Shown: one piece after another, positions 1-13,018 of the stretch | Position numbering within the stretch: position 1 is the stretch's first letter | Layout: every line of letters starts with the position of its first letter | NCBI RefSeq assembly: GCF_004010195.1 | Contig: NW_025215141.1 | Coordinates: 1 to 39,660 of the forward strand | Direction of reading: 5' to 3' | Length of the DNA stretch: 39,660 nt | DNA from: Chiloscyllium plagiosum | Lineage: Eukaryota | Notes under the pieces: generated by a model | What the model was told of the DNA's origin: nothing | The model's database searches: none | What the model saw: the letters and a program-made list of their open reading frames with translations, nothing else | Translations under genes and position numbers: made by a program

Positions 1-99
1 TATCTTTATAACTTCCTCGATCCCCTGAATGCCTCCCTAACTCTGTGACCTCTATCCATCCAGAGAAACATCCACAATTATTGAAATACCCTTGGGATT

Positions 100-690
100 G
101 TGTCCAGGCAAATGGAATAATAGCATTAACGGAAGTGAATAGATATGTTAGAAATGTAATTATGGGGATGTGGCTGCAGAATTGCGTAGCTATGAAGTTA
201 ATATTGAAGGGTTGTCGGGATTTCATCAGGATTGGGAAAACGACAAGGAAGTTTCTTTAACGTTGTAAATAAATGATGTGGTGAGTGGATTGGTAAGACA
301 GCAATATGGATCTGAAAATCAAGCTTTAAATTCTATTTGGGTGGAACTGAGAAAGAGCAAGGGGCAGCAAACGTTCGCAGGAATTATTTTATAGGCAGCA
401 AGCAGTGATGGTAATGTAAATATGGTTACAATTAGGACACTGAATGTACTTGTAGCAAGGGCAGGACAGGAACTGCGTGTGACAGTAGTCTCCATCCCGG
501 CTGGCTAACTAATGAGTGTCAGAGTTGTAATGAATATAATCCTGGATTGTATACAAGTAGTTTTCTGTAATACCATGTCAAGAGCCATCAAGAATATTCC
601 CGACTCTAGATCAAATGTTAGATAATGAGAAATGTCAAATAATCTCAATTTCAAGAACATTTGTGAGCAGAGAACCATAATACAATATAA
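100..690 (+). mobile_element. Degraded CR1 LINE, ORF2 endonuclease region
   Basis: Remnant translations IIALTE..WLQ (~116-177) and SIWVELRKSKGQ (tctatttgggtggaactgagaaagagcaagggg) resemble the CR1 APE domain; many stops. Confidence 0.6.
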
Positions 691-724
691 TCTTTTATTG
701 AACTTCAGTCTGATTAAGTGAAGG

Positions 725-1045
725 CCATGAGAATTAGAGGTGCATTTAGTGCATTTGACACATTGAGAGTTTCCGGCATTCAGTGAAATCATGGCTGATC
801 CAATGGCCCCCTAATTCTGCTTCACTGTCTTTCCCACGACACACTTGTTTCCCTGATGAATTAAAATCTGACCATCTCTTCTCTCAATATTCTTAATAAT
901 CCAGCCCAGGCAGCCCTCTGTAGTCAGGAACCTCACAGAGTCACTCCCCTGCAAGTGAATATGTTCCATCTCATCTTCATCTTGAATGTGTGAGCCCTTC
1001 CTGGGATTTGATGCCCCCCAATTAACGATTCTCACACAAGGGAAA
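725..1045 (-). mobile_element. CR1 3'-end fragment
   Basis: Reverse of a shark CR1 3' end (atcatggctgatc...aaaatctgaccatctct...cagccctctg); paralogous to ~6920-7240, ~9530-9850 and ~24290-24600. Confidence 0.6.
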
Positions 1046-1079
1046 CCAAAGGAATTGCCAAAGGTAATTACGGCATACA

Positions 1080-1935
1080 ACAAGAAAATTAGTGGAGTTG
1101 TGGACAATGCGGGAGGAAATTAAAGGTTGCAGCAGGATATAGATCAGCTGGAAAGATGGGTGGAGAAATGGCAAAAGGAGTTTAACTTGACCAGTGTGAG
1201 ATTAAATATTTGTGTGGTTAACAGCAAAAAAGTCAGCAAGGCGAGGGATATGGATTTACAGTGGGATCTTGGTGCCTGTCCAATGCTCCATGTAAGTGGC
1301 AATGCAACTGGTTGAGATGGAAAAGAAAGTTCACAGTATGCTTGCCTCCATCACTCACCACTTTGAGTATGGCCGTTTGCATGTCATATTGTAACTGTGT
1401 GCAACTTTGGTTTGGCCACATTGGAATACTGTGTGCAGCTCTCATCGCCACAAGATAGCAAGAGCCGGGAGTATTTGTCAAGGGCATAAAAGCAGGTTAC
1501 AAACATTCTGCCTGTGTTATATCTGTTCGCTATAAAGTGATATTGAGCAAACTTGGATTGTTTTGCGAGGCGTGAAATAGTACAGAAATATAGAATTAGG
1601 AGAAGCAAGGAAAATGTGGATGTCAGAATATATTTTCCAGTGTAGGAGAATCAAATTCAAATGTGCATAGGATTAAGCGGAGCTGGGGAAAGTTTAAAAG
1701 AAATGTTCGAAGCAAGTATTGTTTTACAGAGAGTGTGAAATATATGAAGGAGTTAGTAGAGGCGGAAATATGAGCAAAGTTTTGACGTGGCATTTAGACA
1801 GAGATGTGAACAGGTAGGGATAGAGGGATATGGACCATGTGCAGGCAAATGGGATTACTTTAGAATAGCATAATTGATAGCACAGCCACGGTTGGCCGAA
1901 GGACCTGTCGCTCTGCTGTACCGTTCTGTTTTCTA
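1080..1935 (+). mobile_element. Old CR1 RT C-terminus and 3'UTR
   Basis: LQQDIDQLERWVEKWQKEFN remnant, tggccacattggaatactgtgtgcag (PHLEYCVQ), 3'UTR ggttggccgaaggacctgt...gctgtaccgttctgttttcta. Confidence 0.8.
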
Positions 1936-2330
1936 ACTTCCCAGTATCCACTCTGGCAAAGCCGCTCAGAATGTTGAATGTTTCATTCAATTTCTTCCTC
2001 ATGCTTCGAAATTCCAATGAAGTCAAGCTCGATCAATCCATCTCTTCTCTTTTTAAAATCCGCCCGTTCTAACATCAGCCGAATCAAACTTTTCTGGCCT
2101 CCTGTCCGATGCAGGAATATATTTCCTTGTGGCCCTCATGCTGTTCATAATTTTCTACGTGTGGTCTGACTTGTACCTTGTATAGTTTTAGCAAGACCTC
2201 CCTATTTCTAGACTCCATTCCCTTTGTAATAAATGTGAGCATTTGATTTGCCTTCTTTATTGCCTGCTGACCCTATAAGCTACCTTTTTCAGGTTAATCC
2301 ACAGGGATTCCCATTACTCTTTGTGCAGTC
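1936..2330 (-). mobile_element. CR1 RT C-terminal fragment
   Basis: tatagttttagcaagacctccctatttctagactccattcc is the reverse of a GMESRNREVLLKLY-type CR1 segment; paralogs at ~10780-11150 and ~25805-26210. Confidence 0.65.
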
Positions 2331-2529
2331 AGTCAGAAACCAAACAGTTTTGCCTGTTTAATGCAGTGATGAGCAATGAAATGCTGTTAGGTGGCTAAAA
2401 CTGTTCTGCTGCTTGTGTTCTTGGCAAGTAGTATGCAGAAGTTACATTCAGGCTGACTCTATTATATGATGTGAGGTCCAAGGCTTTTTCAGTAATGCCT
2501 TTGTTACCCATTACTGTCAGCGTTACCCA

Positions 2530-2975
2530 AAACCTGTTTTCCTATTCTGCCTTAGATGCCACAGGATTGTGTCCCGTTGCATATTAAGGTCCCACCTTTT
2601 TTTCGCCCTCTAATCATTTCTCTCTGGTGTCTAAATTCCATGTACGTCTGTGTCACAAACCCAGTTACATTACTGAGATACTTTGTCCATTCCAAAAATA
2701 TACATAATTTCACCTTTCCCACAATTTCCTGCCACAAACCGATTCCTGATGTACAGTTTTAGTTAAACTCTGTCCATTCCTGTTTCTTTCTGATTGTCTT
2801 CAGTCCTATTCCTGTGCTGTTCCAATGCTTTACCTTTTCTGTTTGGATTTGGAAAGCACCTTTCACCTGAACCCTGTCCGTACATCCTCCATGTCAGCTT
2901 AAAACCCTGTCCTTAAACCTGCTGACATGATTGGCCAAGGCACCGTAACTAACATGGCTCCATTAGTCCTAGTCC
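2530..2975 (-). mobile_element. Probable old CR1 fragment near the ORF2 start
   Basis: Minus-strand ORF remnant KVKLCIFLEW resembles the LNCIYFNARS start of CR1 ORF2; clearly paralogous to 28790-29130. Confidence 0.4.
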
Positions 2976-2984
2976 AACGGTATT

Positions 2985-3355
2985 ATTATTTACTCGTAGG
3001 TTGTGTGTGTCTCTGGCTGACCAGATTTCTTGCCCAGTCCTAGCTGCACTTGAATGAATGGCTTGCTCTGCCATCTCAGAGGGCAATTAAAAGGCACACA
3101 CTTTGCTGTTGACATGTCATGCAGACCACATGAGAATGTCAAATGTCTTTCTCTAAAGGACAAGTGTTGTATTGATGTACAAATGAGTTTTTTTGTACAT
3201 CTGCAATGGTTTCGTACTTACTTATGGATTGTTGAATGCATTTTACCAAGTTATTGATTTCAAATTCCACCATTTCAAACCTGTCTCCCCTGAACATTAG
3301 CTGAGGTTTTGGAAATATGGTCTCGCAATGATACCCACGAAGCCATCACCTCGCA
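2985..3355 (-). mobile_element. Old tRNA-derived SINE, probably Meta-domain type
   Basis: Reverse of ...gtcctttagagaaagacatttgacattctcatgtggtctgcatgacatgtc...tgccctctgagatggc; similar to the copies at 27610-27815 (+) and 29140-29420 (-). Confidence 0.55.
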
Positions 3356-3444
3356 TGCTCACAGGTTGTTCATTCCTGACCAGTTATACCAATGTAGCAT
3401 GAAGCAAATCTCCGTCTCCCTCTCTCACTATCTCTCTCTCTCGC

Positions 3445-4060
3445 TGAAGCACAGAAACGGTTCCTTCGATCCAACTAGACCATGCTGACCAGACTCCCTG
3501 AACAACTCACATTCACCTGAATTTGATCCCATATCCGTTCAAACCTTCTCCACTGCATGTATCTGCCCAAATTTCATTCACATGTTGTTATTATGCTTTT
3601 CTCTACCACTTCCCCTGGATGTTCATTCCATACATGCACTATACACTATGTGAAAAATGTTCTCCTACAATCCCTTTTAAGTCTTTCCTCTCCCACCTCA
3701 TATTTATGCCGTCTAGAACATTGAATATGACAGCGCAATTCAGGCCCTTCTGCCAACAATGTTGCTCCAACCTATGGAAACAACCTGAAGCCCATCTAAT
3801 CAACACTATTCAATTCTCGACCATATGCTTATCCAATGACCATTTAAATGCCCATGAATTTGGCGAGTCCACTATTGGTGCAGGCAATCGATTCTACGCC
3901 TCTACAACCCTGAGTAAAGAAACTACCTCTGCCATTTGTTCTATATCTATTACCCCTCCGGCTCGGCATCGCTATCCAAGGGAAAAAGGTCTCAAAGTAC
4001 AAATGATCTAAACTTCTGAACATCTTATTTGTCTCAATTAATTGGCCTGTTAAATTCCTG
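3445..4060 (-). mobile_element. Two adjacent or nested CR1 3'-end fragments
   Basis: 3'UTR reverse motifs gcacagaaacggttccttcg (3449) and tagaacattgaatatgacagcgcaattcaggcccttc (3714). Confidence 0.7.
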
Positions 4061-4071
4061 AACTATGGCGA

Positions 4072-4660
4072 TATCACTCAATATCTTTCCATGAGGTATT
4101 CATCAATGCTTGGGTCTATTTGTTGCCTCTGTCTGCGCCTCTCGCTCTTGTAGCTACTCCACATCCCGAGCCAACAGAAATCTCTAATCCAGAGAGACGA
4201 AGCAACACAGGACAGGGATGGAGACTGGGATTTTCCAGATCTCTGTTGGACTCAGTGCTACTGTACATGAGTCATCCTCACTGCATCAGTCCATTTTCCC
4301 ATTCTATTTCTCCATCTCCTGCAGGTAATCAGGATGTTCCTAACTCCTGTATCATCCATAACCTCATCAGAGACAGTTGGTCACCCAGAGAGTGATGGAG
4401 ATGGAAATCTCTAACCTTCAGTAAATCCTGCAACCCACGAAAGAATCATCACAGTAAACAGCATAGGGAGGATCTAGTCGACTTCAATATTCGTACCAGG
4501 TAGATAAGATGTTGAGACGCTACTGGGCAAGGAACAGCTACATTCTAGGCTTCATTCCCACTATCTTGTCACGGCCCTGCGCTCACCTCTGCTGTACTGA
4601 TCCTCACTGAGACAGCGCAGGAGGTCCCAGGCATCGATCCTGACTCATGCTCTATTAGCG
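4072..4660 (+). other. Duplicon cassette copy 1: exon-like blocks 4154-4201 and 4325-~4436 plus the 5' arm of the hairpin (3' arm largely lost)
   Basis: Acceptor-like ctcgctcttgtag (4153) and ccatctcctgcag (4324); aligns with 13019-13740 and 29526-30267; ORF not conserved among copies. Confidence 0.6.
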
Positions 4661-6690
4661 ATCTCTGTATTATCCTACAGTTCCGATAATCCTTCCTATG
4701 TTTGGAATCTCCAATAGTCCACACAATGCTCCCTGTCTCTGTCAGGTTCTCCAATCACGAACACCCTCATCCCGAAAATTCTTCAGTAGATAATAAATTA
4801 CGTCATACCTGTAAACCCCGACAAGCCAGACTCTCCCTGTATGTTTCACCTACCAATACCACCCTCCATGTCAATGTATTTGGCTTTAACCTCTACATCC
4901 GTCCCTATCTGGGTAAACTTCTCCAGTTCCTACAACCCTGCCGTATCTGTGAAAATTTCTTCAGACCATTGAGCTGTCCCACCCTGTGTAATCCCTTCCA
5001 GATGTGAAATACCTCTCTGTCTTGGCAACTGTGTCAGGCTCCTACATGAGAATCTCAATATCTGTGTAATCTTCCAAGGAACTCCTGGCCTTAGGAACTC
5101 CATCCACCTGTTAACATGCTCCATGTCTGTGTATACCCCCCCAGTTCTACCGTCCATATGACGGAAATTAGTTTCTACAATCCTAAAGATGACGATAAGC
5201 TCTTCCTCTCTGAAACAGTCTCAATCTCTGAAAACTCTGCTGGTCCCTTCTACCCTCCCTGTGCATGTAATCACCTTTAGTCACTACGAATGTTTATACC
5301 TTTAACGTCATCCCCATATGAATATACTATTTTTTCCATTACCATCATGAGTTGCCATAATTCGCACTGACTCTCAACACGTTCCATCCCGACATACCTC
5401 AGTCTCTTTGAAAAGCCCTTCTTATTCTTAAAACTCTCCCTACGTATGTTACCTGATTCAGACTCCAGAACTCTCCCTATCTCTGTAGGAACCAGACAGT
5501 CAAAGTTGCTCCAATGACTTCAAATATTCCTGATCTTTCTAACTCCCTTTCATTGTGAAGCTTTCCCCATCTCTGTAACGTAATATCCTAGAGGGTCGAA
5601 AGCCTTACCTATCTTGTATGCTCATCCAACCCCTACAACTGTCCTTAATTTTGCAACATTGTCCTGAGTCTTGAAACCTGTTTGTTAACCCTCTTCAGGC
5701 ACTGCACTTTCTATGTTTCTGTTACTTTCCCCTGCTCTTAGAAATCTCCCTATCCCTATAATCCACTGCAGTGTCTGCAGACCTCCCTATCTCGAACTAC
5801 CAACTGCCTGCACAACCCTCCCGACATCACTCACCTCTTCCAGTCCCTTCAGCACATTCAATATCAGCAAACATCTCATGTTCCAAGGCTACTCCAGCTC
5901 CCACAATGTTGGTCAGAATCTGAAGCTCATACTCTGTCTAATCTGCAGCTCTCTATATAATCCGTTAACATCTGCAGTCACCACGACTGTCCGTGCCTTC
6001 CTTCGGTCATCCAGTCCCATTAAGCTTCTATGGAGCCCCTTTAATCTTCCTTTGTTGGGTATTCCCTGGAAATACCTACCAATTTCCCGATCTTAGCACC
6101 AACCCCAATCTTTGTGACTCTCCAGTTCCGATAAGACTCACATTCAATGCCAGCTCATGTAGTCTCTAAATCCATCTGTAATCACCTTAGTCTTCTCCAA
6201 TTCTTAAAAACTAATCGATTTCAAATTCACCCCCCAATCTCCTCACAACAGGAAGCTCTTTCAATTTGTGCAACGCTCCCATTTTTCGAACTGTCTCCAA
6301 ACGAGCAACATGGCATCCTCCGTTGCCTTTCTATCTAAACAGCCTCCAGAACCGAGAAGCCTTCTTATGTCAGTGAACATCCTCAGTCACTACAATCTTC
6401 CATATCTCAATAGTATGTACAATACTCTTCTCCCTTAAGCACCCCTGTATGTGCCACTCAGTTTGCCTGCCTCTTTCTATATCCATCCCTATCCCTATGT
6501 TTAGAATTTAATCCAGCTCCCTCTACCTCTGTAAATTCTTCCAGTCCCCAAACCCCTTTGTCCACTGACATTCTTGACTAGATGTAACTCTGCTAAATTA
6601 TAGCGTCCTCGAGCCCCTGTCAGCCTCCCTATCCCTATAACCTTTACCCACCGTTCATTTCCACTACCCCAACTAAGGAATGATTCCCTA
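4650..6690. repeat. Degenerate C/T-rich minisatellite (ccctatctctgtaacctcctccagccc-like)
   Basis: Recurring ctccctatctctgta / ctccagtccc motifs with strong pyrimidine bias on +. Confidence 0.7.
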
Positions 6691-7695
6691 CATTTGCCAA
6701 AAGGCAGATTCTTTTGTAGGCACCAGACAGTGATGGTAATGTAAATATGGTTACTTTCAGGACACTGAATGTACTTGCAGCAAGGGCAGTACTGTAACGA
6801 TGCATGACAGTGGTCTCCATGCCAACTGGATAACTATTGAGTGTGACTGCTGTAATGGATAGAATCCTGGACTGTATACGAGATGGTTTGCTCATTCATA
6901 TCAAGAAGTCATGAGAGTTCAGGCCATGAGACGTAGGAGTAGAATTACGCCATTTGGCCCATTGTGTATGCTCTGCCTTTCAATTGGATCCTGGCTGATC
7001 TGATGATCCTCAACTCTACTTTCCTGCCTTTTCCACAAAACTATTGTTCCGCTGATTTATTAAAATCTGACCATCTCTGCTGTAAATATTTTCACTGACC
7101 CTGCCTTGACAGCCGTCTGCCATAAGGAATTCCTACATGGTAATTACCCTCTGAGTGAAGACAATCCCCCTCTTCTCCATCTTAAATGGATGAGCACTTG
7201 CTGGGATTTCATGTCCTCTGGTTTCAGATTCCCGCAAACGTGAAATAAAAAAAAAGTGACAAAGATAATTATTACAGATGACATGAAAATTGGTGGAGTT
7301 TGTGTGAATGTGCAAGGATATCAAGGTTGCAGGAGGTTACATATTAGTTGGAAAGATGTGCAGAGAAATGACGAATTAAGTTTAATCTGGACATGTGTCT
7401 GATGATGGAGCTTTGGATGGCAAATTCAAGAAAAAATAGGATACTGAGGGACATTGATGTACAGCATTATCTTGGTGCAAGGCAGTAATTCCCTGAAAAT
7501 GACAACAGAAGTGTTCCAGATGGGAAAGAAAGCAAATGGAACACTCCCCTTCGTCGGTCACAACGTTGGGTATAATGGTTTGCACTTTATGTTATAATTG
7601 TATAAAATGTTTGTTTGGGCACATTTGGGGTACTGTGTGCAATTCTCATCTCCACACAATAGGAAGGATGTGGAGTGTTGGAGAAGATGAAAAAA
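6008..7695 (+). repeat. Recent ~1.7-kb direct duplication, copy 1
   Basis: Colinear with 8629-10299 from catccagtcccattaagc to gagaagatga, with scattered substitutions and small indels. Confidence 0.95.
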
Positions 7696-8628
7696 NNNNN
7701 NNNNNNNNNNNNNNNNNNNNNNNNNNNNNNNNNNNNNNNNNNNNNNNNNNNNNNNNNNNNNNNNNNNNNNNNNNNNNNNNNNNNNNNNNNNNNNNNNNNN
7801 NNNNNNNNNNNNNNNNNNNNNNNNNNNNNNNNNNNNNNNNNNNNNNNNNNNNNNNNNNNNNNNNNNNNNNNNNNNNNNNNNNNNNNNNNNNNNNNNNNNN
7901 NNNNNNNNNNNNNNNNNNNNNNNNNNNNNNNNNNNNNNNNNNNNNNNNNNNNNNNNNNNNNNNNNNNNNNNNNNNNNNNNNNNNNNNNNNNNNNNNNNNN
8001 NNNNNNNNNNNNNNNNNNNNNNNNNNNNNNNNNNNNNNNNNNNNNNNNNNNNNNNNNNNNNNNNNNNNNNNNNNNNNNNNNNNNNNNNNNNNNNNNNNNN
8101 NNNNNNNNNNNNNNNNNNNNNNNNNNNNNNNNNNNNNNNNNNNNNNNNNNNNNNNNNNNNNNNNNNNNNNNNNNNNNNNNNNNNNNNNNNNNNNNNNNNN
8201 NNNNNNNNNNNNNNNNNNNNNNNNNNNNNNNNNNNNNNNNNNNNNNNNNNNNNNNNNNNNNNNNNNNNNNNNNNNNNNNNNNNNNNNNNNNNNNNNNNNN
8301 NNNNNNNNNNNNNNNNNNNNNNNNNNNNNNNNNNNNNNNNNNNNNNNNNNNNNNNNNNNNNNNNNNNNNNNNNNNNNNNNNNNNNNNNNNNNNNNNNNNN
8401 NNNNNNNNNNNNNNNNNNNNNNNNNNNNNNNNNNNNNNNNNNNNNNNNNNNNNNNNNNNNNNNNNNNNNNNNNNNNNNNNNNNNNNNNNNNNNNNNNNNN
8501 NNNNNNNNNNNNNNNNNNNNNNNNNNNNNNNNNNNNNNNNNNNNNNNNNNNNNNNNNNNNNNNNNNNNNNNNNNNNNNNNNNNNNNNNNNNNNNNNNNNN
8601 NNNNNNNNNNNNNNNNNNNNNNNNNNNN
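7696..8628. other. Assembly gap
   Basis: Run of N. Confidence 1.
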
Positions 8629-10299
8629 CATCCAGTCCCATTAAGCTTCTATGGAGCCCCTTTAATCTTCCTTTGTTGGGTATTCCCTGGAAATACGTAC
8701 CAATTTCCCGATCTTAGCACCAACCCCAATCTTTGTGACTCTCCAGTTCCTATAAGACTCACATTCAATGCCAACTCATGTACTCTCTAAATCCATCTGT
8801 AATCACCTTATTCTTCTCCAATTCTTAGAAACTAATTGATTTCAAATTCACCCCCCAATCTCCTCACAACAGGAAGCTCTTTAAATTTGTGCAACGCTCC
8901 CATTTTTCGAACTGTCTCCAAACTAGCAACATGGCATCCTCCGTTGCCTTTCTATCTAAACAGCCTCCAGAACCGAGAAGCCTTCTTATATCAGTGAACA
9001 TCTTCAGTCACTACAATCTTCCATATCTCAATAGTATGTACAATACTTTTCTCCCTGAAGCAACCCTGTATGTGCCACTCAGTTTGCCTGCCTCTCTCTA
9101 TATCCATCCCTATCCCTATGTTTAGAATTTAATCCAACTCCCTCTACCTCTCTAAATTCCTCCAGTCCCCAAACCCCTTTGTCCACTGACATTCTTGACT
9201 AGATGTAACTCTGCTTACATCTAGTCCTCGAGCCCCTGTAAGTCTCCCTATCCCTGTCACCTTTACCCACCGTTCATTTCCACTCCCCCAGCTAAGGAGT
9301 GACCCCCTACATTTGCCAAAAGGCAGATTCGTTTATAGGCGCCAGACAGTGATGGTAATGTAAATATGGTTACAGTCAGGACACTGAATATACTTGCAGC
9401 AAGGGCAGTACTGTAACAGGAGTCTCCATGCCGACTGGATAACTATTGAGTGTGACTGCTGTAATGGATAGAATCCTGGATTGTATACGAGATGGTTTTC
9501 TCATTCATATCAAGAAGCCATGAGAATTCAGGCCATGACAACGTCGGAGTAGAATTACGCCATTTGGCCCATTGTGTATGCTCTGCCTTTCAATGGGATC
9601 ATGGCTGATCTGATGATCCTCAACTCTACTTTCCTGCCTTTTCCACAAAACTATTGTTCCGCTGATTTATTAAAATCTGACCATCTCTGCTGTAAATATT
9701 TTCAATGACCCTGCCTTGACAGCCGTCTGCCATAAGGAATTCCTAAATGGTAATTACCCTCTGACTGAAGACAATCCTCCTCATCTCCATTTTTAATTGG
9801 TGAGCACTTGCTGGGATTTCATGTCCTCTGGTTACAGATTCTCCCAAACGTGAAATAAAAAGCAGTGACAAAGGTAATTATTGCAGATGACATGAAAATT
9901 GTTGGAGTTTGGGTGAGTGTGCAAGGATATCTAGGTTGCAGGAGGTTACAGATTAGTTGGAAAGATGTGCAGAGAAATGACGAATTGAGTTTAACCTGGA
10001 CATGTGTCAGATGATAGAGTTTAGGATGGCAAATTCAAGAAAAAATAGGATACTGAGGGACATTTATGTACAGAACTATCTTGGTGCAACTCAGTAATTC
10101 CCTGAAAATGGCAACAGAAGTGTTCCAGATGGGAAAGAAAGCAAATGGAACACTCCCCTTCGACGGTCACAATGTTGGTTATCGTGGTTTACTCTTTATG
10201 TTATAATTGTATAAAATGTTTGTTTGGGCACATTTGGGGTACTGTGTGCAGTTCTCATCTCCACACAATAGGAAGGATGTGGAGTGGTGGAGAAGATGA
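8629..10299 (+). repeat. Recent ~1.7-kb direct duplication, copy 2
   Basis: Colinear with 6008-7695. Confidence 0.95.
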
Positions 10300-10780
10300 T
10301 AAAGGGGTTGATCAACATTGTACGTATGTTCAGTTTTTTTTAAGTGTATGTTAGGTGTAAGAGGAAATTCAATAACGTTGGATTGCTTTGCGAGAGTATC
10401 AGAGGATTAGAGGCGACCAGGTACAGGGATACAACATTAGGACATGGACAGATAACGTTGATAGTCAGAATCTGTTTTCAAATGTGTACGCTTCTAATAC
10501 TAGAGCGCATCGCTTTAAGGTGAGAAAGAGACATTTTAAATGAGATATGTGAGGCAATTTTTTTTTTAAGCAGAGACAGTGAAATTTACTGAGAGAGGTC
10601 AGAGAACCAGAAATATGAGTAACGTTTTGAAGTGACATTTAGACAGAAACATGAGTAGGCACAGAATAGAGGTATATGGATCATGTCCAGGCAGATGGTA
10701 TCAGTTGAGTCATGGTCATGGCGGTACAGTCATAGTGAGCTGAAGGGCCGATTGCTGTGCTGTAGTGTTCGGTTTTCTAA
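9880..10780 (+). mobile_element. Old CR1 RT C-terminus and 3'UTR (paralog of 1080-1935)
   Basis: ttgcagatgacatgaaaatt (FADD remnant), tactgtgtgcagttctc, 3'UTR gctgaagggccgattgctgtgctgtagtgttcggttttcta. Confidence 0.75.
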
Positions 10781-11439
10781 CTTTCCTTCATCTACCCTGA
10801 ATCGTGGATGCTTCATTCAATTTCTCTCTCATTTTATCTAAAATTCAATGCGTTCAACCTCAATCTACACCACCTCTTCTCATTTAAAGAATCCCTCCAT
10901 TCCCAGGATCAGCCGAATGAATCTTCTCTGGCCTATTTCCAATGCGACAATATCTTTCCTTATGGTACTCATAGAGTTTATAACATTCTGTTTGAGGTCT
11001 GACTCGTACCATGTATAGTTGTGGAAAGAGATCCTTCTGCTTGAACTCCATTCCCTTTGTAATTACCTGCTGGCTCTGAAAGCTACCTTTTTCAGATGAT
11101 AAACAAGAATTCCCATAACACTTTCTTCTGCAAGTCTGAAATCAAATCGTCTCAGCCTGACAATAAGTCGGGAGGTGAAATGTGTTAGAAAGGATATGTC
11201 AATAAACAATAACTAGAAACTTAGGAAGACTTTTTTTTATAAACGAGAATTTGTTATTAAGCCTTTTGGACTTTGTTTGTTGGTGTGAATATAAATGACA
11301 GAATAGATAAGACTGAAGAGGGGAATGGTGGTTTGGGGCATATGTTTTATTTGAATTTTCAGAAGCCTTTACCCATGTTTCAGTGATGCGTAAAGAGTAA
11401 ATTGGTCGAGAATAGGACTCTTTCATTATCAGTAATTTC

Positions 11440-12765
11440 CTCTATGCATGGAAGCAGAGCAGGTGGGTGCGATATTAAACAAGAAAAGTTATTATCAGAA
11501 TTTACTGTGGAGAAAGACATGGAAGCTCGGGAACTTGGGAAATAGAGAATGGTGTCTTGGAAAGAATTCTCGACTGAAAAGAGAAAGCGCTGGAATCTTA
11601 AAACAAATAAACTTAGATCAATCCTCCGTATCTCATAAGGTCTATCCTAGAATATTGTGGGAAGCTAGGGAAGAGATTGCAGTATCCCTAACAGATTTGT
11701 TATCAACAGACATAGTGAGGTGCCGGAGGACTGGAGGGCGGCTAATGCTGTTCCATCACTTCAGGGCTGCAGGAAAAAGCCAGGAAATTACAGACCAGTG
11801 AGACCTGGTCCAGGATCTCTACTCTTTGCGATATTTAGAAATGACTTGGATATGGGTGTGGAAGAGTGGGTTAGTAAGTTTGCAAATGAATCGAAGGTTG
11901 GTGGAGTTGTGGACAGTGTGGAGATCCGTTGCAGGTTGCAACGGGATATTGACAGAATGCGGAACTGGGCTGAGAAGTGGCAGATGGAGTTCAAATTGAA
12001 AAAGTGTGAAACGATTCATTTTGAAATGTCGAATTTGAATTCAGAATACAATGTAGTGTGGCTTAACAGAGGGACCTTGGGGTCCATATCCATAAATCCC
12101 TCAAAGTTGCGACCCAAGCTGACATGGTTGTTGGGAAGGACTATGTTGTTCTGGCTTTCATTAGCTGGGAAATTGAGTTTTAAAGCCCTGAGGCCATGCT
12201 GCAACTCTATCGAGTTCTGGTTAGACCACACTTAGATACAGTGTTCAGTTCTGGTCCTCTCATTACAGGACTGATGTGGAAGCTTTAGAGGGGGTACAGC
12301 GGAAATTTAGAGAGCTGCTGCCTGTACTAGAGAGCGTGACTGATGAAGAAAGGTTGAGGGAGCTAAGGCTTTTCTGATTGGAGAGAAGGAGTGTGAGGGG
12401 CGACTTGGTTGAGGTGAACAAGACGATGTGAGGCATAGATAGAGTTAATAGTGAGAATTTTTTTTCCCCATGGCATAAATGGCTATTATGAGGGGGCACA
12501 ATTTTAAGATAATTGGACGATGGTGAAGGGGAGATTTCAGTGGTAGGTTCTTTACGCAGAGTGTGCCAGTTGCGTGCAATGCACTGCCAGTTGTGGTAGG
12601 AGATTCAAATACATGTGGAACATTTAATGCACTCTTGGATAGGCACATGGACAATAGTAAAATGAAGGAAATATAGGTTAGTTTGATCGTACAGTCGGAT
12701 CAAAGGTTTGCATGACGTGAGGGGCTGAAGGGTCTTGTGCTGTACTGTTCTGTGTTCTACGTTCC
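11440..12765 (+). mobile_element. Internally deleted CR1 ORF2 pieces and 3'UTR
   Basis: PEDWRAANAVP..KKPGNYRPV joined directly to GSLLFAIFRNDLDMGVEEWVSKFANESK; tail tgtactgttctgtgttctacgttcc. Confidence 0.85.
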
Positions 12766-13018
12766 GAATGGTAAACTGGATAATGAGTTCTGATCAACAT
12801 CAAAGGATATGGTATTCAGGTGGATCTAGTGAACTGGATTCAAAATGCAACATTAGCTGAGGTTTTGGAAACATGCTCTGGCGATCACACCACTGGATCA
12901 TCACTTCGCCTGCACATTGATTGCTCATCCCCGAGCGCTGATACCAGTGCACCAAAAAGCAAAACCCGTTCTTCATACCAAATTGCTTGATTGTGACATC
13001 ATGCTGAACTTTGGTACT

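Noticed and set aside
4120..4395. 91-aa ORF across cassette copy 1
   Set aside because: TTG start, and the homologous frame has stops in copy 2 (TAG) and copy 3 (TGA).
7536..8790. Long ORFs of 331-393 aa in the ORF track
   Set aside because: Artefacts of translating through Ns; the same applies to the X-filled ORFs around 21914-22259, apart from their CR1 flanks.
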